This document shows, one piece after another, positions 24,994-34,649 of a DNA stretch of 64,000 nucleotides. Position numbers and translations under genes: made by a program. The stretch covers positions 3,717-67,716 of the forward strand of contig JAVHWW010000075.1 of NCBI GenBank assembly GCA_032159235.1, given 5' to 3'. A model generated the notes under the pieces. It had not been told where the DNA came from and did not search any database. It saw nothing but the letters and a program-made list of their open reading frames with translations. Every line of letters begins with the position of its first letter. The first letter of the stretch is position 1. Origin of the DNA: Acidobacteriota bacterium (GTDB taxonomy: Bacteria; Acidobacteriota; Blastocatellia; Pyrinomonadales; Pyrinomonadaceae).

Positions 24994-26937
24994 ATGTGCG
25001 GTATCGCCGGAATCATCAGCACGAATGCGGAAGCACGCATTGGAGCGATGCTTGAGAGCATTGAGCATCGCGGGCGCGACGATCAAGGTGTGTGGACCTC
25101 TGCGGCGATAGATGCTGCGGGGCGGCGTGCGTGTCTGGGTCATCGCCGCCTCTCAATCATTGACACGAGCAGCGCCGGACACCAGCCGATGTTCTCTGAA
25201 GATGGCCGTTTTGTGCTGACCTTCAACGGCGAGATTTACAATTACCGCGAACTCAAACAACGGCTTGCAGCGCACGGCCACAAATTTCAGACAGACACAG
25301 ACACGGAAGTTCTGCTCGCCGCATTCACAGAATGGGGCGTTGGCTGCTTGCCGCATCTCAACGGAATGTTCGCCTTCGCGATCTGGGATACGAAGGAGCG
25401 ACAGTTGATCTTAGCGCGCGACCGGCTTGGCATTAAGCCGCTCTACTACGCACAGGTTGAAGGAGAGAACGGCGCATCTTTCATCTTCGCTTCGGAAGTC
25501 AAAGCTATCTTAACGACCGGACTGACGGAGCGTGCGATTGACCCGGAAGCGCTCAATCAATTTCTGACCTTTCTCTGGACGCCAGACCCGAACACGCTCT
25601 TTCGCGGCATCAGGAAGTTGCCGCCCGCGCACGTGCTCACGCTCCGCGATGATGAAATAGAGGTGCGCGAGTGGTGGGATGTTTCGTTTGGCGAAATCGA
25701 AGAGGGACGCAGCGAAGCGTGGTGGCAGGAGCATGTGCTTGAGACTCTGAATCGCGTCGTCGGGATGGAGATGGTCGCGGACGTGCCATTAGGCTCTTTC
25801 CTGTCGGGCGGGATTGATTCGTCGTCAATCGTCGCGTTGATGAAGAATCACTCAGGCGGGCGGCGTGTTTCGACCTACACCATCGGCATCGAGGCGGAAG
25901 ATTTACGCTACGACATTATCCCGGATGATGTCGTCTGGGCGCGTCGTGTGAACGAACTGCTTGATACCGAATACCACGAGATCATGCTCAAGCCTGATGT
26001 CACTGACTTGCTGCCGAAACTCGTCTATCATCTGGACGAGCCGGCAATTGACATGGCGATTCCGAGTTATCTGGTTTCGCGCGCGGCGCGTGAGACTCTG
26101 ACGGTGATGCTGTCGGGCATGGGTGGTGATGAAGTCTTCGCTGGCTACCCGCGACAGATGGCGATGAAACTGGCGAGCGCGTTTGATCCTGTGCCGGGCT
26201 TGTTGCGAAGACCGTTGATGAAGACTCTGGCGAGTGTGCTGCCCGGCGGGTTGCCGGGAAAACTGACAGCGCCACTCAGGAACGCGAAGAAGTTTGCGCG
26301 TAGCGCCGCGCTCGATTTCGAGAATCGTTATCTGGGCTACGGAACTTATTTTACGGACGAAGCCAAAGCGCGTCTCTACACGGACGAGATGCGCGAGGCG
26401 ACGCGAGAGCTTGACGCTTATCATCATCATCGCCGCTACTTCGAGCGTGTGAAAACGGCTGCGCCGCTCAATCGTTTGCTTTACGTTGATCTCAAAACTT
26501 TCCTGCCGTGTCTGAATCTGACGACGACCGACAAGACTTCGATGGCGGCTAACTTAGAAGTGCGCGTGCCGTTTCTCAATCACGAGTTGGTGGAGTTGGC
26601 TGCACGGATGCCGACCAATTTGAAGCTGCACGGGTTGAAGCGCAAGTACATCTTGAAGCGCGTAGCTGAGACGTTATTGCCGAAGGATGTCGTGTGGCGC
26701 AGGAAGGCGGGCTTCAGCGCGCCGATTCGCTCATGGCTGCGCGGGGCGTTGCGTCCGATGGTTGACGATCTGTTGTCGGAGGAGACCATCAGGCGGCGCG
26801 GACTGTTTAAGCCGCAGGAAGTCCGGCGCATCATCGCGGCGAATCTTTCAGGGCGCGAAGATTACAACCTGCAAGTCTTTCAACTCCTGACACTCGAACT
26901 GTGGCAACGAACGTTTATTGACTCCAAGACGATGTAA
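24994..26937 (+). CDS. asnB: Asparagine synthase (glutamine-hydrolysing) family amidotransferase, second paralog
   Basis: MCGIAGI nucleophile. SGGIDSS PP-loop. 647 aa. Confidence 0.9.
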   Translation: MCGIAGIISTNAEARIGAMLESIEHRGRDDQGVWTSAAIDAAGRRACLGHRRLSIIDTSSAGHQPMFSEDGRFVLTFNGEIYNYRELKQRLAAHGHKFQTDTDTEVLLAAFTEWGVGCLPHLNGMFAFAIWDTKERQLILARDRLGIKPLYYAQVEGENGASFIFASEVKAILTTGLTERAIDPEALNQFLTFLWTPDPNTLFRGIRKLPPAHVLTLRDDEIEVREWWDVSFGEIEEGRSEAWWQEHVLETLNRVVGMEMVADVPLGSFLSGGIDSSSIVALMKNHSGGRRVSTYTIGIEAEDLRYDIIPDDVVWARRVNELLDTEYHEIMLKPDVTDLLPKLVYHLDEPAIDMAIPSYLVSRAARETLTVMLSGMGGDEVFAGYPRQMAMKLASAFDPVPGLLRRPLMKTLASVLPGGLPGKLTAPLRNAKKFARSAALDFENRYLGYGTYFTDEAKARLYTDEMREATRELDAYHHHRRYFERVKTAAPLNRLLYVDLKTFLPCLNLTTTDKTSMAANLEVRVPFLNHELVELAARMPTNLKLHGLKRKYILKRVAETLLPKDVVWRRKAGFSAPIRSWLRGALRPMVDDLLSEETIRRRGLFKPQEVRRIIAANLSGREDYNLQVFQLLTLELWQRTFIDSKTM

Positions 26938-27111
26938 TACATAATCGTGCGCCTACCTTTGCCGTGAAATAATCCGGCTCTGAATATGGATGCTCTCAAC
27001 GAATTAAAAGAGGCGCTTGCAGAAGATCGCGCCGTCCTCTGGTAACGGTGCGCCGATTGAATCGGGGCATGAGACGTTGAGTGTGATAAAATCTCTTTAC
27101 GGGATTGGCTT

Positions 27112-27663
27112 ATGATTACGAAGACTCGCGCGACCATCGAAGATTTATATCAAGTGCCTGGCAATGGTAAGGCTGAGATCGTTAATGGAGAGTTAGTCAT
27201 TATGTCGCCAACGGGAGCCGCGCCTAATTACGCAGCAGGTGAGGTCTTCGCCAGCCTGCGCGAATATTCCCGCAAGATGAAGACGGGCCGCGCCGTCACA
27301 GACAATGCAGGCTTCAAAGTTAATCTGCCCCATAGAGATTCACTCAGCCCTGACGCAGCTTTCTACACCGGCGAACCCAAAGGGATGAAATTCTTCGAGG
27401 GCGCTCCGGTCTTTGCCGCCGAAGTCAGAAGCGCAGGGGATTATGGTCCAGCAGCCGAAGAAGAGATCGCACGCAAGCGCGCAGATTACTTCACGACAGG
27501 AACGCTTGTGGTGTGGGACGTTGATCTGCTCAGTGTTGATGTCGTGAAGGTCTATCGCGCGAGTGAGCCGATGAAGCCAGCTATTTACCGGCGCGGAGAA
27601 ATTGCCGAAGCAGAGCCTGCCGTTCCCGGATGGTCAATGCCGGTTGATAACCTCTTCGATTAA
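27112..27663 (+). CDS. Uma2 (DUF820) family PD-(D/E)XK-like endonuclease
   Basis: AEIVNGELVIMSP...PDAAFY...APVFAAEVRS...YFTTGTLVVWDVD matches the Uma2 layout. Confidence 0.8.
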   Translation: MITKTRATIEDLYQVPGNGKAEIVNGELVIMSPTGAAPNYAAGEVFASLREYSRKMKTGRAVTDNAGFKVNLPHRDSLSPDAAFYTGEPKGMKFFEGAPVFAAEVRSAGDYGPAAEEEIARKRADYFTTGTLVVWDVDLLSVDVVKVYRASEPMKPAIYRRGEIAEAEPAVPGWSMPVDNLFD

Positions 27664-27720
27664 ACCGCGAGTGATAACTCCTCGCGCCCTGATGACCTAT
27701 CAGCATCTTAAGGTGAGATC

Positions 27721-28755
27721 ATGAAAAGAAGACTTGAGATCGTTGCGTTTGCAATCGTGGTATCGTCTGTAATGATGACGTTGATTCCAAAATCGAGCGC
27801 GCAGAATAATCAGTCGCAGTCACAAACACAACAGCGACCTTTGCGGCCTGTTCACACCTTCTCGATTGTGGCACGCGACCCGGAGACGGGCGAGATTGGC
27901 GTGGCTGTGCAGTCGCATTGGTTCTCTGTCGGTTCGGTTGTGCCCTGGGCTGAGGCGGGCGTCGGTGCGGTGGCGACGCAGTCGTTTGTTGATGCAAGCT
28001 ACGGCAAACTTGGTCTTGACCTGATGCGAATCGGCAAGAGCGCGCCGGATGCTTTGAAGGCATTATTAGCCGGAGACGAGGCGCGCGATGTGCGACAGGT
28101 GGCGATGATTGACGCGCAGGGTCGCGTTGACGCCTGGACTGGCAGCAAGGATATTCCGGCGGCTGGACACATCGACGGTAAGAACTATTCGGTGCAGGCC
28201 AACTTGATGTCGAACGATAAGATTTGGCCTGCGATGTCGCGCGCGTTTGAGACGACGAAGGGCGATCTGGCGGAGCGGATGCTGGCGGCGCTCGATGCGG
28301 CGCAGAGTGTGGGCGGTGATATTCGCGGCAGGCAGTCGGCGGCGTTGATCGTCGTCACGGGCAAGCCGACGGGCAAGCCCTGGGCTGATCGCGTTTTTGA
28401 TCTGCGCGTTGACGATAGCCCTGAGCCTTTGAAGGAACTCAGGCGGCTGGTGACTTTGCAGCGCGCGTACAATCACATGAACGCGGGCGATTTGGCAGTT
28501 GAGAAGAAAGATAACGAGGGTGCGTTGCGTGAGTATGGCGCGGCTGAGAAACTCGTGCCCGACAGCGCGGAGATGATCTACTGGCACGCGGTCGCACTCG
28601 TCAACATGGGGCGCGTTGATGAGTCCTTGCCGCTCTTTCGCAAAGTCTTTGCGATGGATAAGAACTGGGCCACGCTCACGCCGCGCATCTCAAAGGTTGG
28701 ACTACTGCCGGATGATGCGAAGTTGATTGAGCGCATTTTGAAAGAGAGCAAATGA
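27721..28755 (+). CDS. DUF1028 (Ntn-hydrolase-like) family protein with signal peptide
   Basis: TFSIVARDPETGEIGVAVQSHWFSVGSVVPWAEAGVGAVATQS is the DUF1028 N-terminal signature. Helical-repeat C-terminus. Confidence 0.8.
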   Translation: MKRRLEIVAFAIVVSSVMMTLIPKSSAQNNQSQSQTQQRPLRPVHTFSIVARDPETGEIGVAVQSHWFSVGSVVPWAEAGVGAVATQSFVDASYGKLGLDLMRIGKSAPDALKALLAGDEARDVRQVAMIDAQGRVDAWTGSKDIPAAGHIDGKNYSVQANLMSNDKIWPAMSRAFETTKGDLAERMLAALDAAQSVGGDIRGRQSAALIVVTGKPTGKPWADRVFDLRVDDSPEPLKELRRLVTLQRAYNHMNAGDLAVEKKDNEGALREYGAAEKLVPDSAEMIYWHAVALVNMGRVDESLPLFRKVFAMDKNWATLTPRISKVGLLPDDAKLIERILKESK

Positions 28756-29264
28756 GCGAAGAGATCAGACTCGTCAAAGACCTCACGGATGAAGAGCGCC
28801 AGCGTCTCTTCGGCTGGGGCGAAAATATTTTCGGCATGGAAGATCGCAACTATCGTTGGCGACCGAAAGACTTGCATTTCATCTTAGATGTTGATGGCGA
28901 GCCTGTGAGCCATGTTGGGCTGATTGACCATACTGTGAAAGTTGCGGAGCAGCCCGTTCGCATCGGCGGCATCGGCGCAGTCGTCACGGCGGGAGACTTG
29001 CACGGGCGCGGTTATGCACAGAAGACGCTGCGCTATGCTGAGAAGTTTATGTGCGAGGAGTTGAAAGTTGAATTCGGGCTGCTCTTCTGTCTTGATCGTT
29101 TGAAGCCTTTTTACGAGCGGCAGGGTTGGCAACTTCTACGTGAAGTGGTCGAGTTCGATCAGCCTGCGGGGAAGATGGTCTCGCCTTTGAACGTGATGGT
29201 GCTGCCGTGTCGGAAGAGCGTGTGGCCTGCGGGCGCGACCGATATTTGTAGTCTGCCCTGGTGA
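28752..29264 (+). CDS. GNAT family N-acetyltransferase
   Basis: 170 aa. The VVTAGDLHGRGYAQKTL acetyl-CoA loop (R/Q-x-x-G-x-G/A) is present. 4-nt ATGA overlap with the upstream gene. Confidence 0.7.
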   Translation: MSEEIRLVKDLTDEERQRLFGWGENIFGMEDRNYRWRPKDLHFILDVDGEPVSHVGLIDHTVKVAEQPVRIGGIGAVVTAGDLHGRGYAQKTLRYAEKFMCEELKVEFGLLFCLDRLKPFYERQGWQLLREVVEFDQPAGKMVSPLNVMVLPCRKSVWPAGATDICSLPW

Positions 29265-29282
29265 ATTCCTGCGAGAGAGAAT

Positions 29283-29861
29283 ATGCGAAAAGTTGTCTGC
29301 AAATTTTGTTTGCTGTTGAGTGCTTCTCTATTCCTGCTCTCATGTCGAAGTGAGACCTCTTCCAACAATGTTCAGCCCAGCAATCAAGCGGTCGGCGGGA
29401 AGAAGATGGAAATGAAAGTGACAAGCCTTGCTTTTCAGGATGGCGGGATGATTCCGCCGCAGTACACTTGTACGGGAGCGAATATCTCGCCGCCGCTGGC
29501 CTGGAATTCCGTGCCCGAAAAGACGAAGAGTCTCGCGCTCATCACGGACGACCCGGACGCGCCGGGCAAGACGTGGGTGCATTGGATCGCGTTCAATCTT
29601 CCGGCGAGCGCGCGCGAGTTGCCTGAGAATGTTCCCGCGCAAGAGAGCCTCAACGGCGGCAAGCAGGGCACGAACGATTTTAAGAAAGTCGGCTACGGTG
29701 GCCCCTGTCCGCCGAGCGGCACGCATCGCTACTACTTTAAGCTCTACGCGCTCGACACAAATCTCACACTCGATTCGAGCGCGACGAAAGATCAACTATT
29801 GAAGGCGATGGAAGGTCATGTGCTGGGCGAAGGTCAGTTGATGGGGAAGTATCAAAAGTAA
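29283..29861 (+). CDS. YbhB/YbcL (PEBP/Raf-kinase-inhibitor-like) family lipoprotein
   Basis: LLSC lipobox. DPDAP...WVHW...GYGGPCPPSGTHRYYFKLYAL are PEBP motifs. Confidence 0.85.
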   Translation: MRKVVCKFCLLLSASLFLLSCRSETSSNNVQPSNQAVGGKKMEMKVTSLAFQDGGMIPPQYTCTGANISPPLAWNSVPEKTKSLALITDDPDAPGKTWVHWIAFNLPASARELPENVPAQESLNGGKQGTNDFKKVGYGGPCPPSGTHRYYFKLYALDTNLTLDSSATKDQLLKAMEGHVLGEGQLMGKYQK

Positions 29862-30003
29862 AAGCAGAATTCAGGAGTCAGAATCCAGAATCCAGAAGAA
29901 AAGAAAAACCGAAGCGCGGAAGAACGGAAAAGCAGAATCTGTCAAAGTGGTTCTCCGCCTTTTCATTCTGGCTTCTGAATTCTGGATTCTGACTCCTGCT
30001 TTT
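29861..30003 (+). repeat. Family E palindromic element (7-nt units CAGAATC/CAGGAGT) with conserved core
   Basis: Left arm 29861-29898. Core of about 65 nt including AGAATCTGTCAAAGTGG...CCGCCTTTTCATTCTG. Right arm 29964-30003. Confidence 0.9.
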
Positions 30004-30149
30004 CGTAGGTATTGAAATCCCCACAGCTTTGGCGTAGTATTCCCGCCTAAAGGTCGCTGCTCGCAAAACCTGTCTTCAGTCGCACGGGTTTCGTTGTCCG
30101 CTATTTTTAAGTCTTCTTTCCTTGTTCCCGGCTCGCTGAATTTGAATCA

Positions 30150-33100
30150 ATGATCGGGCAGACAGTTTCACATTATCGTATCCTGAAAAAGCTCGGCGAG
30201 GGCGGGATGGGCGCTGTCTATCTGGCTGAAGATACACACTTGGGCAGGCGCGTCGCCGTCAAGTTTCCCACCAGCACCAAGGACGAGCATCAATTTCGCG
30301 CGCGCTTCCTGCGCGAGGCACGCGCCGCCTCCGCGCTCAATCACCCGAACATCGCCACCATCTACGACTACGGCGAAACGGACGATCATCATCCTTTCAT
30401 CGTCATGGAGCTGGTCGAAGGAAAATCCCTGAGCGATCTGTTGGATGAAGGCCATGTCACGATGGGGCGCGCCGTCTCGATTATCGAGGATGTCGCACGG
30501 GCGCTCGGTGAAGCGCACGCGCACGGCATCATTCATCGTGACATCAAGCCGGCGAACATCGTTATCAACGAGCGCGGGCAGGTGAAAGTTTTAGACTTCG
30601 GCCTCGCCAAGCAGTTGAACGTGGAACACTCTCACTCCACCGACCCGAACGCACGGACTTTGCTGGCGACGCGCACGCAGAGCGGGGTGGTCGTCGGCAC
30701 GCCTCTCTATCTGTCGCCGGAGCAGGCGCGGGGCGTGCCCGTTGATTCGCGCAGCGACCTCTTTGCCTTGGGCGCAGTGCTGTATGAGTGCATCGCCGGG
30801 AAGCCCGCTTTCTCCGGCGCGGGCGCGGGTATCGTTGAGATTGCAGCCAACGTCATCCACGTTAATCCGTCGCCGCCATCCAGCTTCAACCCGCGTGTCC
30901 CGCCGGAGTTAGATCAAGTCACACTCAAGGCGCTGGCGAAGAAGCCGGAAGAACGCTACCAGACTGCGGACGAATTGATCGCAGGTCTTGACGAAGCAAA
31001 GGCCGCGCTCAGAGAGAGCGATCTGGGACATGCGCGCACGCAGAGAATTCAACTTGCGCGCGAGACCGATCACCACAGCGCGTTGGCGACACTTTCCGAT
31101 CTCCTCAAACGTCCGCGTCTCTCCGTCAGAGTCGTCATCGCCGCTCTGCTCGCGGTCGGGTTGATTGCGTGGGTCGTCGTGCGCAGCCTGCGTGCCGTGC
31201 CGCATCAACCGACGGCAGTGGCCGCGCGTTGGTACGAGACGGGCACGAACGCTCTGCGCGACGGCGCTTACTATCAGGCCAGCAAAGCGCTCGAACAGGC
31301 CATCAGCAGTGATGAGAATTTTGCGCTCGCGCACGCGCGCCTCGCGGAAGCCTGGATGGAACTGGATTACATGGACATGGCGAAGGATGAACTGCTGCGC
31401 GCCTCCTCGCTCGCGCAGGACAATACCGGATTGTCGCAACTGGATGCGGTTTACTTGAGAGCCATCACCTCGGCTGTGCGCCGCGATTTCCCTGCGGCCA
31501 TTAAATCTTACAGCGAGATCGCGCGTCAGATTCCAGACCAGGCACACGTCTATGTGGACTTGGGACGCGCCTACGAGAATAACGATCAGACGAAGGAAGC
31601 GATTGAGAGCTATCTCGAAGCGACGAAGCGCGACTCGCACTACGCGACGGCTTTCCTGCGCGCGGGAATTCTCTACGGTCGGCAACTGGAATTAGCCAGC
31701 GCCAAGTCAGCGTTTGATAAGGCCGAAGAACTTTATCAGGCGATGGGCAACGTCGAAGGGCGTGCGGAAGTCTTCTTTCAACGCGGCGCGCTGTCCATCG
31801 GATTGAGCAAGATGGCAGAAGCGCGCGACGAGTTGCAGCAAGCGCTCGACATGGCACGCGCGACCGGCAATCAGCCGCAGCAAATTAAAACGATGCTTCA
31901 ACTCGTTTATGTTTTCCAGAGCGGGAATGATTCTGTGCAGGCCGAGAAGTTGGCGACCGATGCCGTCAGTCTGGCGCAGTCGAACGGGATGGAGAATCTC
32001 ACGGCGCGTGGTCTGGTTGATCTCGGCACGGTCTTTTTCCTGCGCGGCAATTACCCCGAAGCTGAAAAGTATTTCCAACAGGCCCTCGATTTCGCGCAAA
32101 GATACAAGGCGCGGCGCAATGAAGCCAGAGCGCGTTTGATGTTTGGCAACTTGCGGATCGCGCAGGGCAATACGGACCAAGGCGTCGGTTACGTCGAGCA
32201 GGCGTTGGCCTTCTATCAGCAGGCCGGTTTTCGCAGAGAGACCTCGCGCGCTTTAACTCTCCTGGCGCGAGCTAACCGTCAGAAAGGTGATTACGATGCT
32301 GCGCTTGGAGCTTTCCAGCAATTGTTCGACCTGGCCGGACAGATAGACGATCCCACACAGAAGGCTCTCTCACAGGAAGGAATCGGATCAGTCCTTGTCC
32401 GGCAGGAAAAATACACTGAGGCTCTGACTCATTTTCAGCAGAGCTATGCTATCAATAAAGAATTGAACAACCAGCGCGCGGTGGGCAATAGCTTATCGGA
32501 CTTGGGTAATGTTTTGTGGCAACTAGGCCGTTATCCAGAAGCTCGCGCGAAGTTAGACGAAGCGTCCACCATCGCAAATCAACCCGGCGGAGATAAATCG
32601 CTCCTGGCCGATATCCAACTAGCCAACGCGGAAATGGCCCTCAGCGAGCGCCGTTTCCCGGAAGCGAAAACTCAGGCCGAGCAGGCGCTGGCTTCGGCGG
32701 GCACACAACCAACACCGACCGCCATTGAACTCAAGCGCGTGCTCGGCTTGGCGCAGGTCTTCTCTAATGCGAAACATGAGGGAAGGTTGTCATGCGAAGA
32801 GGCCGTGAAGATGGCGACGCAAGCGGGCGATCCGTGGCTGCTCTCCAGAACGCGGCTCGCGCTCGCCGCAGCATTACTCGAAGACAACGACGCGCCGGAC
32901 GCATTAACAAACGCACTACAGGCGCAGGAAAGTTTTGCACGCGCCGGACAGCAGGATTCAGAGTGGCGCGCATGGTTACTGGCTGCGCGTGCCAGCCGCC
33001 GCGCAGGCGACGAACTGAAAGCGCGCGAGTACGCAGCCCATGCCGCCGATTCATTAGCTAACCTTCAGCAGAAATGGGGCGACGATAGTTACAACAGCTA

Positions 33101-33173
33101 TCTCGCCAGACCCGACGTGCAGTTCTTTCGTAAACAACTCACCGGAGAATTTGCGATGAGTAATGGAACTTAA
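30150..33173 (+). CDS. Ser/Thr protein kinase with TM segment and long TPR-repeat domain
   Basis: Hanks kinase motifs GEGGMGAVY, VAVK, HRDIKPANI, DFGLAK, GTPLYLSPEQ. TM at about residues 335-355. About 650 aa of TPR-like repeats follow. Confidence 0.9.
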   Translation: MIGQTVSHYRILKKLGEGGMGAVYLAEDTHLGRRVAVKFPTSTKDEHQFRARFLREARAASALNHPNIATIYDYGETDDHHPFIVMELVEGKSLSDLLDEGHVTMGRAVSIIEDVARALGEAHAHGIIHRDIKPANIVINERGQVKVLDFGLAKQLNVEHSHSTDPNARTLLATRTQSGVVVGTPLYLSPEQARGVPVDSRSDLFALGAVLYECIAGKPAFSGAGAGIVEIAANVIHVNPSPPSSFNPRVPPELDQVTLKALAKKPEERYQTADELIAGLDEAKAALRESDLGHARTQRIQLARETDHHSALATLSDLLKRPRLSVRVVIAALLAVGLIAWVVVRSLRAVPHQPTAVAARWYETGTNALRDGAYYQASKALEQAISSDENFALAHARLAEAWMELDYMDMAKDELLRASSLAQDNTGLSQLDAVYLRAITSAVRRDFPAAIKSYSEIARQIPDQAHVYVDLGRAYENNDQTKEAIESYLEATKRDSHYATAFLRAGILYGRQLELASAKSAFDKAEELYQAMGNVEGRAEVFFQRGALSIGLSKMAEARDELQQALDMARATGNQPQQIKTMLQLVYVFQSGNDSVQAEKLATDAVSLAQSNGMENLTARGLVDLGTVFFLRGNYPEAEKYFQQALDFAQRYKARRNEARARLMFGNLRIAQGNTDQGVGYVEQALAFYQQAGFRRETSRALTLLARANRQKGDYDAALGAFQQLFDLAGQIDDPTQKALSQEGIGSVLVRQEKYTEALTHFQQSYAINKELNNQRAVGNSLSDLGNVLWQLGRYPEARAKLDEASTIANQPGGDKSLLADIQLANAEMALSERRFPEAKTQAEQALASAGTQPTPTAIELKRVLGLAQVFSNAKHEGRLSCEEAVKMATQAGDPWLLSRTRLALAAALLEDNDAPDALTNALQAQESFARAGQQDSEWRAWLLAARASRRAGDELKAREYAAHAADSLANLQQKWGDDSYNSYLARPDVQFFRKQLTGEFAMSNGT

Positions 33174-33197
33174 CCCCAAACTCAAAAGGAGAAAACC

Positions 33198-33560
33198 ATG
33201 GCACAGAAGAAAACCGCAAGTAAGAAGAGCAAAGCCGCCAGTAAGAAAGGCAAAGCCGCGCGCTACAGACTTGATAAAGAAGGCAATCTGATCGGCCTGA
33301 CCGGGAGGAAGGTCAAACTTGAAGTGGGAGATACTCCAATCGTCATCAATGGCGGCTCTCTCAATATAGCCTCTGTTGGTGATCTTGACGATGATGAGCA
33401 TCCGGGACAGAGTACGCATTCGCTTCATGCCAGAGATGCTACAAAACACATCTCCTTTATTCAACTTATAGGATTTTCGCCCGACGCAACAAATCCTAAT
33501 AGGTTTGTCCCAACTAACGCAAACAACCCTGTGTGTCACATCTTCATCCACTATGAGTGA
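33198..33560 (+). CDS. Hypothetical protein with Lys-rich N-terminal tail
   Basis: AAAGGAGAAAACC precedes the ATG, 25 nt after the kinase stop. N-terminus is MAQKKTASKKSKAASKKGKAA. No family recognised. Lower GC. Confidence 0.45.
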   Translation: MAQKKTASKKSKAASKKGKAARYRLDKEGNLIGLTGRKVKLEVGDTPIVINGGSLNIASVGDLDDDEHPGQSTHSLHARDATKHISFIQLIGFSPDATNPNRFVPTNANNPVCHIFIHYE

Positions 33561-33585
33561 TGTGCAAGGCATATTATAGCCGTTT

Positions 33586-33735
33586 GCAATTGGGTGGAGA
33601 CTGACTGACTCTGCTGGGAGTGCAGGCATCTCTGCCTGCCAGCGTGCACCAGCACGCTAATCTTTATTCGCGCTCACGCGCTCAGGCAGGCACGGATGCC
33701 TGCGCTCCCAGCTACACGCAATTGCAATTCGCTAT
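33586..33735. repeat. Composite multi-hairpin palindromic element (not heptamer-based)
   Basis: Closing stem GCTGGGAG (33613-20) / CTCCCAGC (33705-12) encloses four hairpins at 33622-39, 33641-58, 33670-81 and 33686-703. GCAATTG motifs flank it. Confidence 0.7.
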
Positions 33736-33888
33736 CGTGCTGCTTGAGCAGCTTGTTCCGTTGATAGAAGACACAAGTGGGAGCTAACGAAAAACAGCAT
33801 CAAGGTGATGAGTTAATCTTCAGACAAGAGAACGGGTGGAGTTCACAACTCCACCCGTTCTCTTCTGATGTTAGCAAGGCTCGATGGG

Positions 33889-34242
33889 TTATTTCTTTTC
33901 CCGCCCGCCTTTTTTATCTTCCTGAGAGATGCCCGCAGCTTCCTCGACTGCCGGGATCACTTCTTCGACAGCGCTCTTGACCGCTCCTGAGACTGCCGCC
34001 GAGAGGACTTTACCCGCAACCTTCTTCAACTTCCTGCTCACTGAAGGCTGGCTTCTCCGGGCGCTCTTCTTGCCGCCCTTTTTACCTGCTGCACCGGACG
34101 CCTTCTGAGCGCCGCGCTTGTTGGAAGGCTTGCCCGAAGATTTTTTCGCGCCGCCTTTGGCAGACGATCCCTTCTTCGACGATTTCGCTCCACCGCCGGA
34201 AGAGGTCTTCGCTGATTTCTTGCTCCCCTTTTTAGTTGCCAT
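33889..34242 (-). CDS. Lys/Ala/Gly/Ser-rich basic protein (histone H1/Hc1-like composition)
   Basis: Starts MATKKGSKKSAKTSSGGGAKSSKKGSSAKGGAKKSSGK. AGGAG lies 9 nt upstream of ATG 34242. The longer ORF start (34344) is rejected. Confidence 0.5.
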   Translation of the reverse strand: MATKKGSKKSAKTSSGGGAKSSKKGSSAKGGAKKSSGKPSNKRGAQKASGAAGKKGGKKSARRSQPSVSRKLKKVAGKVLSAAVSGAVKSAVEEVIPAVEEAAGISQEDKKGGREKK

Positions 34243-34389
34243 GTTTTCCATCTCCTTGTAATTTTTGTGCCGACCGTTGAACAGACAAGCTACCACAAGC
34301 AGGTAGAAAGGCGAAGGGAGAAAGTGAGGACACACCCAAGGCATGATTTATAAAAAGAGCATGGCACAGCTTGGTCCGCATCCTTCCGG

Positions 34390-34414
34390 CTTCTGACTCT
34401 TGACTTCTGGATTC
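34390..34414. repeat. Solo family E arm
   Basis: CTTCTGACTCTTGACTTCTGGATTC resembles a family E right arm, with no partner arm within 600 nt. Confidence 0.5.
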
Positions 34415-34649
34415 CGCTTCCTCTCGTCCATTCCTGATTGCCGAATTAGCCGGTTTGAGCTAAATTACGTGCAACAAAAAACGAAACTTTTATACGTCCG
34501 CGTTTTTCAGCCCTTGTGGTGGAGAGGATAGTCCGATGCAAACAGCCTTTTCCGTTCCTTTGTCTGGTGACCATCTCGAAGCTCGATACTTGGGATTATC
34601 TTCAAGTCATTTCTCGCCGGGCGGCAAAGATCAAGCGGACGCTGATGCG

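Noticed and set aside
26969-27045. Tiny ORF (MDALNELKEALAEDRAVLW) between the second asnB and the Uma2 gene.
   Set aside because: It is only 18 codons with no SD, so there is not enough evidence to distinguish it from chance.
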